Source of the DNA: an uncultured virus (IMG/VR IMGVR_UViG_3300044620_001996)
Lineage: Duplodnaviria; Heunggongvirae; Uroviricota; Caudoviricetes
Length of the DNA: 20,000 nt
IMG/VR virus record: IMGVR_UViG_3300044620_001996
Reading direction: 5' to 3' (one strand)
Position 1 is the stretch's first letter; the number at the start of each line of letters is the position of its first letter. The notes below the pieces were generated by a model. The model was not told where the DNA came from, made no database searches, and saw only the letters and a program-made list of their open reading frames with translations. Positions 8,801 through 17,039 of this stretch are shown here, piece after piece. The position numbers and the translations under genes are program-made.

Positions 8801-10724
8801 GAATATGTTTGACGAGGCTGAGCTCCGCAAGGCTCTGGCCAAGGAACAAGCTGTGCACGGTCGCCGTTCAGGTGGCGGCGCAATCGATATCGCCGTTCCC
8901 GCTGGCACACTCGTGCCTACCCCCGTCGGCACCCCTTCTTGGGGAGGAGCGGGCGGCTGGCAAGCCACCTCTCTTCAGACCGGCAACCTATTCCTGCACG
9001 GCCTCGGCACTTCTGCCGCAAGCCCGGGTGGTAGGCGCGCAGCGGCTCCCGCAGCTCCTGCCGCCCCTACCGCCGCAGGCAGCGGCATGCCCGATGCCGG
9101 TGCCGCAGCTCAGCGCTACGCCGACGCGGTTCGCAGCCTTGCAGGCGCAATGGAGCGCCTCCGCTCACTACAGGCAGCGATTACAGAGGCCAACACAGCA
9201 GAGGCGTTTGACGAGATCGCCAAAGCAGCCTTCCCTCAGGTCGCCATCGAGCAGTACCAAGACCAGCTGCTCGAACTCCAGGCCAATTACGACGCGCTCT
9301 CCCGTAGCGACTCGGCAACCTTTAGCCCTGAGCGCACCGCCCTGGAGTCCAACCTGTTTGCACAGCGTGCGACAGCTGCGCGTGAGCTCCAACAGATCCT
9401 CGACGGTATTGCTAAACAGACAAAGCTGAGTGATACCGAGCGAACACGCGCTATTGAAGCGGTCAACACTAAGCACGCACAGTACTTGCGGGGCTTGGAG
9501 CAAGAATCGTTACTAAAACAGCGCATTCTGACTACTGAGCAAGCGACAAACTTTATTCAACAAATGCGCGGTCAAGCTCGTGGCATCTACGAGGACATTG
9601 AAGCCCTCAAATTGCGCAACCGCTTGCAAGCAGAAGGTGTCGCACCAGAGTTTATTGCAGCCGAAGTAGCCAAGTTAGATATTCAGCGTGAAGTAAACCG
9701 CCTCACCACGGAGCTCAGCACACAGCTGACCACCGAGCTCGCGCTCCGCGACGAACTCCAGCAAAAGATCGCAGCGACTTCGGGTACCGAAAAGGTTGAA
9801 CTAGAGAAACAGCTCGCTGCCGCGCTCGCCACCATCGAGCGCTTGCGCAAGCAGATCGCAGGTGTGGGAGCAGCGGGCAGTGCTGTCGCAGGGGCCGAAG
9901 ACGCCCGTGCGAAAGCCGCCACCGAGCCTGGCACGCGCATACGGGGCTTCATTGGTGATGCACAACGACAGCTAGAAGATCTCGAAGGTGTCGCTATTAC
10001 TGTTTCTCAAGGCATCGGAGATGCCGTCGGTAATGCATTAACAAACGGTATAACTGGACTCATCGAAGGCACGACAACAGCAAAAGAAGTATTCTCCAGC
10101 TTCTTAAAAGACATCGGTCAGATTTTAATGCAAGAAGCCGCTAAGATGATTGCCACATACATAGCAATCGGTATTGCTAAGCAGTTTGCTGGATTGTTTG
10201 GTGGAGGTGCAGGTGGAGCTAAACCACCACTCCCAGGTTCATTCCCCCTGATGGCTGCTAAGGGTGCCTACTTCGACGGGGGCACCGCTTACTTCGCCAA
10301 GGGTGGGGTTGTATCTTCTCCGACCTTATTCCAGTTCGCTGATGGAGGTGCGGTGCAGGCCGGGCTAATGGGCGAGGCCGGCCCGGAAGCAATCATGCCG
10401 CTCAAGCGCGGACCTGACGGCAAACTCGGTGTTGCCGCTCAACTGGATGGGGCTATGGGTAGATACCGCCGGTCTCCAGGTTCTGCTAGCGGTTCAGCAG
10501 GCGGAGGCACCACCGAGGCCGGTGGTGGAGCCGGTGTTGCCTCAACAGCGCCCATCGACGTCCGCTACAGCGTGGAGCGTATCAACAATGTGGACTACGT
10601 TACGGCTGACCAGTTCAGAGCCGGCATGGCACAAGCTGCCCAACAAGGCGCTATCCAAGGCGAACGCCGCGCCATGCGCAGCCTGAAAAACAGTAGTTCG
10701 GTTCGCCGCTCCGTTGGAATCTAA
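5820..10724 (+). CDS. Tape measure protein, 1634 aa, with hydrophobic segments, an internal M23-like module and a lambda-like C-terminus
   Basis: Long Ala-rich helical and coiled-coil protein following the chaperones. It has a hydrophobic Gly/Ala/Leu block at about 7300-7790 and a C-terminal FAKGGVVSSPTLF...MGEAGPEAIMPLKRGPDGKLGV motif typical of tape measures. GTG start. Confidence 0.95.
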   Translation: MSDFRLNVIAETQAAERKLQQVDKLATAATKSRKFSIDLRSLNKDFSNIQNDIKAASNNIRTFYSISKNIPGVGDKVREFESLAKTTAATAKQQFQFGTALKESAQAGSILSRSLTVAGTVGGRLIDVLAKVGFATFALKEAVGVVQAAWNGFFNNTIGREIKLRETILKTQTTLASTNRVFAGGKEITDPYQKIVSLTGAVAERIDSIRERSIALAGVTSNDVIEVFGLVAAQVGQIGGGLKEAEDLAINFAAALGTFGIPLYQAQQEIGSILRGDITTDSYLAKALGITNEDIARAKSQTGGVTKFLEDRLAAAVAGQKIAAQGFAGVISNIADLGELIGQNFGRGLLDPLLAGLTSVFETLFKIRTQIFAIAEGAGQAIGRAGQLVVGLTAGRTGIGAGDPSRAASAAASVAQQGFNQIELVAQRTVGALTQAIEALKPTALILVDAFRNIAEAFVRIKVGTFEALASALANIASVVGAISQPLAGLFNLYSRFLNTPAVQYFSEVAAVLGLLKRVGLDAATQLVLFGRFIVGAVIPAIGGLGTALAGLVGAIAAVVLAVGKLIVLFAGLATALVGPAAAIPALAAGLKALSVELLTIGKQAVTSGAQLNGLAAGFRGLGAGAKAAGASILASLGWIAVIQIGIAAVIDAFGRFQRAQEDQRSSARAAQALRELQTTYKDVNEASDSATRSARDFREAIVNANYSRNIDQLEEVRKKINQIRYELKPGIQSWGEFWDALSGSEVGRFEERSRQVLGGLLREEAKIKAELRGVDAQRDREQAIKDIQLQAQNRTNLEREIADLRRQLENDLFQQREALAQKEVDIFRAAGELRIKQIERANAKLIEGEEGASRAALEALNNYIATRERGELEIEAAKQTIAIEVTNLEKAISDYRYDTEKKIAELRKKSADYERDSADARQRAAGGATAAAPGVTAGFLVGSTGRSTGPHLDIRSPTGNKQAVINEATAIIKAWQGQGLEYIELSNAKIDVKNMFDEAELRKALAKEQAVHGRRSGGGAIDIAVPAGTLVPTPVGTPSWGGAGGWQATSLQTGNLFLHGLGTSAASPGGRRAAAPAAPAAPTAAGSGMPDAGAAAQRYADAVRSLAGAMERLRSLQAAITEANTAEAFDEIAKAAFPQVAIEQYQDQLLELQANYDALSRSDSATFSPERTALESNLFAQRATAARELQQILDGIAKQTKLSDTERTRAIEAVNTKHAQYLRGLEQESLLKQRILTTEQATNFIQQMRGQARGIYEDIEALKLRNRLQAEGVAPEFIAAEVAKLDIQREVNRLTTELSTQLTTELALRDELQQKIAATSGTEKVELEKQLAAALATIERLRKQIAGVGAAGSAVAGAEDARAKAATEPGTRIRGFIGDAQRQLEDLEGVAITVSQGIGDAVGNALTNGITGLIEGTTTAKEVFSSFLKDIGQILMQEAAKMIATYIAIGIAKQFAGLFGGGAGGAKPPLPGSFPLMAAKGAYFDGGTAYFAKGGVVSSPTLFQFADGGAVQAGLMGEAGPEAIMPLKRGPDGKLGVAAQLDGAMGRYRRSPGSASGSAGGGTTEAGGGAGVASTAPIDVRYSVERINNVDYVTADQFRAGMAQAAQQGAIQGERRAMRSLKNSSSVRRSVGI

Positions 10725-11176
10725 TGGAATACGCTTACGGCCACTTGTTTGAGGTCGGCCCTAGTGGCCAAGCAGCACAATATCGTTTTCAGAACTATGC
10801 TATAAACCAAAACATAAATGGATACCTATTCCTACCGTTCAGCTTCGGTGGAGCTGTGGCCTCCCTTCAGGGCGACAACTTAGACGCCACGCTTCAGTTT
10901 GCTAACACCGCGATGACTCGAGCCTGGATCGTTGACGCCCTCGATAACCTATGGGTTGCCAAGGTCACCACGGTGCTCTGGGAACCCTCCACTGGAGCAG
11001 TCCAGAGCACCCTTTACACCTATTGGGGCACCTGTTCCAGCGGCGGCTGGGACGAAACCAACATCCAGATCAGCTTGAACTCAGTGCTGGACGCGGTTCA
11101 AACCAACATCCCAGCCCGTCGACTCCATCGTTGGCAAGTTGGGAGCATTCCATTTACTGCACAGATACGTGTGTGA
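10724..11176 (+). CDS. Minor tail protein, DUF1833/lambda gpL-like, 150 aa
   Basis: TAATG coupling to the tape measure gene. It has a YLFLPFSF motif and a C-terminal ISLNSVLDAV..IPARRL, and sits before an NlpC-like gene. Confidence 0.6.
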   Translation: MEYAYGHLFEVGPSGQAAQYRFQNYAINQNINGYLFLPFSFGGAVASLQGDNLDATLQFANTAMTRAWIVDALDNLWVAKVTTVLWEPSTGAVQSTLYTYWGTCSSGGWDETNIQISLNSVLDAVQTNIPARRLHRWQVGSIPFTAQIRV

Positions 11177-11501
11177 TCATCTAATTGGGCGAAAGTACGC
11201 TCGTTGTCATCAGCTAGTAATAGAAGCTATGGCAGCTATTGGGCTTAATCCCCCTAGTGATCAACCCGATTGGTATGGGCTTGAAATTAAAGGTATTCTA
11301 CGCGAAGTTAGAAAGTATGGTGATCGTATAGAGGCTCCGCTCTATGATGGTGACGTGGTATTGCTGGCCTCAAACCCAGCAGCTCTCGGGGTGACATGGC
11401 AGAACGGAATCCTGTATCTCAATCGCCTGACCGGAACAGCCGATTGGAAGCCGGTGTCCGCCCTTACGATCCTCCGCTCTTACCGTATGAAGTCGCACTG
11501 A
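11169..11501 (+). CDS. Degenerate NlpC/P60-like tail assembly protein (gpK C-terminal analogue), about 110 aa
   Basis: The likely start is GTG 11169 (8-nt overlap with the upstream stop) rather than 11139. LIGRKY..C..LV, DGDVVLL and LGV.WQNGILY follow the NlpC/P60 pattern. Confidence 0.6.
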   Translation: MCDHLIGRKYARCHQLVIEAMAAIGLNPPSDQPDWYGLEIKGILREVRKYGDRIEAPLYDGDVVLLASNPAALGVTWQNGILYLNRLTGTADWKPVSALTILRSYRMKSH

Positions 11502-14500
11502 TTGAAGCGCTTGGCTGCAGTGAGCAAGAATATCGCGTATTTATACGTCACGCTCAGTCACGGGCGCATGTAAGACCAGCCGAGTACGACCATATCCCAG
11601 ACATCAACAACTGGGAAGTTGTAGCGATCGTCAGCCTTGTTTTAGGCTTAGCATCGACAGCTGTCAGCATCTTGCTGGCACCTAAAGCGCCTGCTTTAGA
11701 GACACCCGCCAAGATCAGAGGTAAAAAGCTCGCGGATCAGATTGGCCCGAGCCGCTTCAACCAAACCACCAGCTTCGACAATGTCAGCAGCCTTGCTGAG
11801 TACGGTCAACCAATCCCCATACCCTTCGGCAAACGCGGAACTGGACGCGACGGTGTACTAACTGGGGGCCTAATCCTCGCTCCCGCACTGGTCTGGAGTC
11901 GTCTGTACTCCTACGGCAGCTACCAAGCATTTGAGGGTATCTATGTTGCCGGAGAGTACGGCGTTGAGGCACCACAACTCGGAGGTATCCGTCTTGATAC
12001 ATCAGCTCTTAATAGTCTTGGCTCACGCGATTACGCTCTCTATTGGTCTTCGCAGCTAGGTGAAAATCGCCCTATACCTTCGCGTCTAATCGCAGGTACA
12101 CAGGGGTTACCGGATAGCGGCACGGGCACGCGCCCTATCTTCACTGCACCTACGGCTGACGGAGAGTTTAGTCAAGGATTCTCCATGACGTACAGCCCAC
12201 AGAGCAACACTGCTTTTGGGACGTCAGAACCTATTCATAACGGATCGGCCTATCGCTTCAACTGGGAAATCATCAGTGCACCGTATGCTAGTACAAAAGG
12301 CTCCGAAGATGATATTAAAACAGCACGCTTCGAGACCCAAGCAAAGCGCACCAAAATAGCCGGTGCTAATGCAAACGTTTTGCACAGATACGAGGGACAA
12401 CCTACAGAGGATCGCAAGCAAGTAGGTATGCCCGGCGTCGGGCGCGCATACTCACGCGGTATGGGCTTTGTCAGCCATAGCCGCACAAACGGAGGCAATG
12501 ATATAGCGGATCGCACGATCGTATCAGTGAGTGAAGGTGATACGCTGGTATTTCGTATCACGTTAGGTCAGCAGTATAGAGAATTGATGGATCGTACAGT
12601 AGAAGAGGGTGGATTTAAGAATACGGATGTAGACATAAAAGACTTACGTACATCGTCTAAGTCATGGCGCGAACGCGCGTACGACTTGCTAACTATAGGT
12701 TCTAAATGGGTTATAGCCGGCAGCGTATGGGTCGTACAAAGCCGCTCAGAGCGTGATACAAACAAGAATCTATTGTCTAACATAACGTTTCTCTGCACTG
12801 CAATTATTGGTGTACCAGAAGTTGGTATCCCCGGCACGCGGACCATCGAAGAACCGCTTGGTGGGTACGAAGGTCCGTGGCCTGGTCCGGGCGCACCACC
12901 TTTTCCCCTAAGTGGTGACGGGTTTAACACGCGGAAGCATTGCGGAGCAGCTTTTTACAACATATGCAGACTACACATCGCAACAATTCGCCCTGTGCGC
13001 CGTGACACCGAAGTTATTGAGCTCGGTATCCGCAGTCAGGTGTGGAATAGAGCTAATGGATTGTGCAATTTCAATGCAATACCGACAGCCGATAAACTAC
13101 ACACGCTGGATAAAGCGAACATAACGGTGACTACGCCACGTATGGACAAGTACTTTGAACGGTCGTCGTGCTTCTCTTTATGGGTTCGTCCGGTCCAACG
13201 CTATGGCCAACCACAACAGCCATGGGCTCGTATCCCACGAGTATTTTGCGTCACAGGCAAAGCTCCTATTGACCTGTATAACTACTTACGTATCCGCCCG
13301 CGCACATCTGGGTACTACGAGTACCGCATAATACCCCGCACAGGATCTGATATCGCCATCAATAGTATTGACAGCAATCTAGCAACAAGGCTTGACGCTT
13401 CCGGCGGTAAAGTAATTGGAGAAGATTATGCAACTCCTTACGGTGATTTTCGCATCACAACGACGGGTGAAGTAGTTGTCATTTCTAGCATAACTTTTAA
13501 CGAAGAAATGCTTGCAGATCCTAAGCAATCTGTGCAGCCCACTGTAACCACCACAACTACAACAACGCCTACTGGTTTATCACAATATGCACAAAGTTCA
13601 AATACGGGTAGCATACAACTAATACGCCATGCCTGGCTAACTGAAATACTAGGATTCGCTCCTAGCTACGCCAATCAATGGCGTTCTGTAGACGTACAGC
13701 ATTACAAACCCAACGGAGATAGATACATCACTGTACGCGTTACCGCGTATTCAGGTGCGGGAGTTTTTGGCGTTGATGTCGGGTCGAGATATGTATCAGC
13801 GGCAGGTTCGACTTACCGTTGGACTTCCGAATCGTACAGCGTAGTCTCTGCTACAAAAAGCTGGGCAGTAGGTGACGCTTTTACGATAGAAAAAGCTACA
13901 CCTAGTACTAACCCCTTTGCACGACAAGAAGGCTACTCGTCTGTAGGTTTTGCTTTTAGTGTGTCAAGCGTTGCAGTAAAGAGTGTAGAAGTTCCTGGTG
14001 AAATCCTTATCACTGGAGAAGGCCGTATTTTCGAGGAGAATTCTCAGGTCTCAGACTGCAGCCACTACCTAGAGCTGGTTAAGTCGAATGAAAGCTCCCC
14101 CGAGCACGAGATCGTTTACGTCAACGAATCCATCTCCAATGAATCGCTTGCCGAATACTACGGCATGTCAACATTCGGACTAGCAGTTAAATCTAGTGGG
14201 CAACTTGGCGGAATTGGTCAACTGCGCGCTTGGGTCCCAACCGGTATCAATGTCTACCGCCTAATCGAGGGCGATACCAAACCCAGCAACTTATTCGCGG
14301 ATCTGGTCTACTATCTACTAACCAGCAAGAGCCAAGGCGTTGGTAATATCGTACCGCCAGAGTTGATCGACATCGACTCCCTACGCATCACCGCCAATTT
14401 CCAACGCTCGAACAGAATCTTCTTCGATGGTGTTGTAGAAGATAGCGATAGCTTCCGCTCCTTCCTGTACGACAACGCAGCCCTACAGCTCTGTAACTTC

Positions 14501-15298
14501 ACCATCAAAAATGGCCGATTCGGAATGATGCCAGCGCTGCCTTACAACAGCAATTACGAAATCAGCACCAGCCCGATTGCTGTTGATCAAATTTTCACTG
14601 CCGGCAACATCATCCAAGACAGCCTGCAAGTTCAGTACATCGACGCCGCCCAGCGTTCAAACTTCCGTGCTCTGGTTAGTTGGCGCATTACCGTCGAGAA
14701 CGACCTACCCACGCAGGCATCCGCCTTGGTCGACTGGGCCGACATCGCGGAAGGCAACCGTGCCACCACCCAGCAAGCCTTTGATCTGACGGACTTCTGT
14801 ACCAACCGCGCCCAAGCGTTGCTGACTGCTCGCTTCCTGCTGAGCATCCGCCGCCGCGTCACTCACACCGTCAGCTTCAAAACCGTACCCGACGCCCTCG
14901 GCATCCAACCCGGTTCCTACATCCGTGTGATCACCGAAGCCACCACCTACAGCGCCACCAACAACGGCGGCATCACGGACGCCGGAACCTTGGTCAGCAT
15001 CACAACCATCGCCAACGGCACCTACGACGCCCTGGTCTACAACCCCGCTACCGGCGCTGTAACAGAACAACGAATCACCATCGCAAACAATGCCGTTACA
15101 GACTCAACGCTGTACGGATGCCTGTTCACGCTGCTCAGCTCGACGGCCAACACTGGTATGTATCAAGTGGAGCAGCTCACCCTCGACGAGGACGGTCTGG
15201 TCAGCGTTTCCGCTGTGGAAGTCCCGGTCGATAGCACTGGAGCTAGCATTGTGGCAAAGGACGTGTTGAACGAAGCCGCGTTCCGGGTGCTTGAGTAA
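11396..15298 (+). CDS. Tail tip / central fibre (host specificity) protein, gpI-C plus gpJ-like, up to 1300 aa
   Basis: An N-terminal hydrophobic helix plus AEYGQPIPIPFG is gpI-like. The C-terminal hub motifs (SNLFADLVYYLLT, FFDGVV, FTAGNII, VSFKTVP..LGIQPGSYIRV, YQVEQLTLDEDGLVSVSAVE) are gpJ-like. The start is uncertain (ATG 11396 or TTG 11444). Confidence 0.85.
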   Translation: MAERNPVSQSPDRNSRLEAGVRPYDPPLLPYEVALIEALGCSEQEYRVFIRHAQSRAHVRPAEYDHIPDINNWEVVAIVSLVLGLASTAVSILLAPKAPALETPAKIRGKKLADQIGPSRFNQTTSFDNVSSLAEYGQPIPIPFGKRGTGRDGVLTGGLILAPALVWSRLYSYGSYQAFEGIYVAGEYGVEAPQLGGIRLDTSALNSLGSRDYALYWSSQLGENRPIPSRLIAGTQGLPDSGTGTRPIFTAPTADGEFSQGFSMTYSPQSNTAFGTSEPIHNGSAYRFNWEIISAPYASTKGSEDDIKTARFETQAKRTKIAGANANVLHRYEGQPTEDRKQVGMPGVGRAYSRGMGFVSHSRTNGGNDIADRTIVSVSEGDTLVFRITLGQQYRELMDRTVEEGGFKNTDVDIKDLRTSSKSWRERAYDLLTIGSKWVIAGSVWVVQSRSERDTNKNLLSNITFLCTAIIGVPEVGIPGTRTIEEPLGGYEGPWPGPGAPPFPLSGDGFNTRKHCGAAFYNICRLHIATIRPVRRDTEVIELGIRSQVWNRANGLCNFNAIPTADKLHTLDKANITVTTPRMDKYFERSSCFSLWVRPVQRYGQPQQPWARIPRVFCVTGKAPIDLYNYLRIRPRTSGYYEYRIIPRTGSDIAINSIDSNLATRLDASGGKVIGEDYATPYGDFRITTTGEVVVISSITFNEEMLADPKQSVQPTVTTTTTTTPTGLSQYAQSSNTGSIQLIRHAWLTEILGFAPSYANQWRSVDVQHYKPNGDRYITVRVTAYSGAGVFGVDVGSRYVSAAGSTYRWTSESYSVVSATKSWAVGDAFTIEKATPSTNPFARQEGYSSVGFAFSVSSVAVKSVEVPGEILITGEGRIFEENSQVSDCSHYLELVKSNESSPEHEIVYVNESISNESLAEYYGMSTFGLAVKSSGQLGGIGQLRAWVPTGINVYRLIEGDTKPSNLFADLVYYLLTSKSQGVGNIVPPELIDIDSLRITANFQRSNRIFFDGVVEDSDSFRSFLYDNAALQLCNFTIKNGRFGMMPALPYNSNYEISTSPIAVDQIFTAGNIIQDSLQVQYIDAAQRSNFRALVSWRITVENDLPTQASALVDWADIAEGNRATTQQAFDLTDFCTNRAQALLTARFLLSIRRRVTHTVSFKTVPDALGIQPGSYIRVITEATTYSATNNGGITDAGTLVSITTIANGTYDALVYNPATGAVTEQRITIANNAVTDSTLYGCLFTLLSSTANTGMYQVEQLTLDEDGLVSVSAVEVPVDSTGASIVAKDVLNEAAFRVLE

Positions 15299-15672
15299 TG
15301 GCGTTTCCTCCGCTGCCTCCAACCAGCCGCGACTTCAGCCCAGGTGACTGGCCGATCAAGCGTTTCAGCTCTCAATCTGGTGCTGAAGTGCGCATTCTGT
15401 ATGGAAGTCAGCGGATTAACGCCAAACTTAAACTAGGCTACGAAAACATTAGTGATACAAACGCACAACTGTTTCTAGATGACTACGCAGCCCAAATTGG
15501 CACACTACGCACGTTTGACTTACCGGTAGCCACGCGCACTGGCTGGAGTGGCAGCTCTGGCAGTATTGACGCGCCCCCGGGGACACGCTGGCGCTACGAG
15601 AACGAACCATCGATAAAAGCAGTTCGCCCTGGTCGCAGTAGCGTTACAGTGAATCTGGTGGCTGTGATCTGA
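15298..15672 (+). CDS. Distal tail (Dit)/lambda gpM-like minor tail protein, 124 aa
   Basis: The pattern FSSQSGAEVR..YG...LKLGYENI...FLDDY...GTLRTF...WRY...VTVNL and the size match gpM-like proteins. TAATG overlap. Confidence 0.6.
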   Translation: MAFPPLPPTSRDFSPGDWPIKRFSSQSGAEVRILYGSQRINAKLKLGYENISDTNAQLFLDDYAAQIGTLRTFDLPVATRTGWSGSSGSIDAPPGTRWRYENEPSIKAVRPGRSSVTVNLVAVI

Positions 15673-16097
15673 TGGCAAAGGTCTATACCGGGCGCGACGG
15701 CCGCCTCTTAATCGACGGACTCGAGCAGATCAAGGTAACAAATTGGTCAATGTCGGGCAATCTAGAGACGCTTGAAACGACCAGCCTTGGTGATAACCAA
15801 CGTACATACGTACCGGGCGTACAAGACTTTAGCGGCAGCGCTACCTTGCTGTACTACAACGACGGGACAGGGCGTAACGATGCCGCTACAGCGCTTAAAC
15901 ACTTACTAAGAATTGGTGCAGTAGCTGAATCTGATACAGTAGATCTTAGACTTAGGCTCTCGGAAGGTAGCAGTAATCATGATGTACGATTAACTGCATA
16001 CATCACTAATGCTAGTTTTGGTGCCAGTGTAGGGGAAGTTAGTTCCGCTCAGATCAGTTTTCAAGGAACAGGAGCGCTTACAGCGGTGACCATATAA
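15672..16097 (+). CDS. Tail-tube-fold minor tail protein, 141 aa
   Basis: YTGRDGRL..VTNWSMS..ETLETTSLGD..RTYVPGVQDFSGSA..SSAQISFQGTG is a typical siphovirus tube-protein pattern. TGATG overlap. Confidence 0.75.
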   Translation: MAKVYTGRDGRLLIDGLEQIKVTNWSMSGNLETLETTSLGDNQRTYVPGVQDFSGSATLLYYNDGTGRNDAATALKHLLRIGAVAESDTVDLRLRLSEGSSNHDVRLTAYITNASFGASVGEVSSAQISFQGTGALTAVTI

Positions 16098-16993
16098 TGG
16101 GTATTTATTTAGGACAAATTGGACAGATAGAACTCAGCCGCAAATCACTAGAAGGCTCCTTAGAATCTGTCGTAAACCCCTCTGATGTAAACCCTGAGCG
16201 TGACCGCTTTAGTTTTGATTTTGATGAAGGCTGTTTAATCAGTGGTGACCTGATTGAGATAACAGCAACTGACGGAACAACGCTCGACTTCATCACCGCC
16301 GCTGGTTGGGCAATCGGTGCGGTGCAGCCAAGTGGCAACTGGTACGTTTTTATTGACGAGCTCGGTGGGATACGGCTTTATGATAACTTTGACGACAGCT
16401 TAGAAGGTAGTACCGCTGGCCAAATAAGCCTCGCAGCAATCACACGCAATATCCCTATACGTGTTACTGTGCGCGATCGCGATTCACGCATATTAGCTAA
16501 TGTTGTTGAGTATGAACTCAACACTAATCGTGAGACGGTTGACGTCACCGCACTCAGCGATCAGCATCGTCAGCAGTACAGCAGCCTTATCACAGGTAGT
16601 GGCAGGCTTACTGCTCATTGGGATTACACCAATATCACAGGCGCGGAGCCTGTTCACTACTTAATGCAGCTAGTTATACGTACCGAGGTCGGCTCAGCTT
16701 TCCACGGCAAGTTTTACGTCAAAGCGCAAGACACCAGAGCTCGGGGCGGCGCGTTCGACGCTACTCAAATTAACGATGCTCTCTGGTGGGAATTCGATGC
16801 TTTAGTGACAAATTCTGCTGTTAGTTTTACTGCAGACAGCATTATAGTTGGTACTATTGATTTTGTAGCTACGGGCCCAATACGGCTGCGAGCTCGCACA
16901 CAGCAGCGACGCTACTTACTACAAGAATCAGGTGACAAAATAGAGTTAGAGCAAGATCCGACTTCTTACCTACTATTAGAAGAGCTGGAGTGA
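16097..16993 (+). CDS. Tail-tube-fold protein with an inserted domain and an acidic LLQE C-terminal tail (probable fibre-attachment ring), 298 aa
   Basis: The second half (VVEYELNTNRETVDVTALSD..YSSLITGSG..IDFVATGPI) parallels the previous gene. It ends in YLLQESGDKIELEQDPTSYLLLEELE. TAATG overlap. Confidence 0.65.
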   Translation: MGIYLGQIGQIELSRKSLEGSLESVVNPSDVNPERDRFSFDFDEGCLISGDLIEITATDGTTLDFITAAGWAIGAVQPSGNWYVFIDELGGIRLYDNFDDSLEGSTAGQISLAAITRNIPIRVTVRDRDSRILANVVEYELNTNRETVDVTALSDQHRQQYSSLITGSGRLTAHWDYTNITGAEPVHYLMQLVIRTEVGSAFHGKFYVKAQDTRARGGAFDATQINDALWWEFDALVTNSAVSFTADSIIVGTIDFVATGPIRLRARTQQRRYLLQESGDKIELEQDPTSYLLLEELE

Positions 16994-16996
16994 GCC

Positions 16997-17007
16997 CTAT
17001 ACTGGGC
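16997..17007 (+). promoter_or_regulatory. Putative promoter -10-like motif CTATACTGGGC
   Basis: Intergenic TATACT 42 nt before the fibre ATG, with a near-identical copy at 18877. Confidence 0.45.
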
Positions 17008-17039
17008 ATAACTGTAAGCACTGCCAGGAAGCTGCGGGC

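Noticed and set aside
8305..9429. 374-aa alternative-frame ORF within the tape measure, and similar Ser/Pro/Arg-rich + strand ORFs
   Set aside because: The composition is that expected from off-frame reading of GC-rich coding DNA.
16473..16480. GCGATCGC (cyanobacterial HIP1 octamer)
   Set aside because: I noticed only one copy, which is compatible with chance and is not usable as host evidence.
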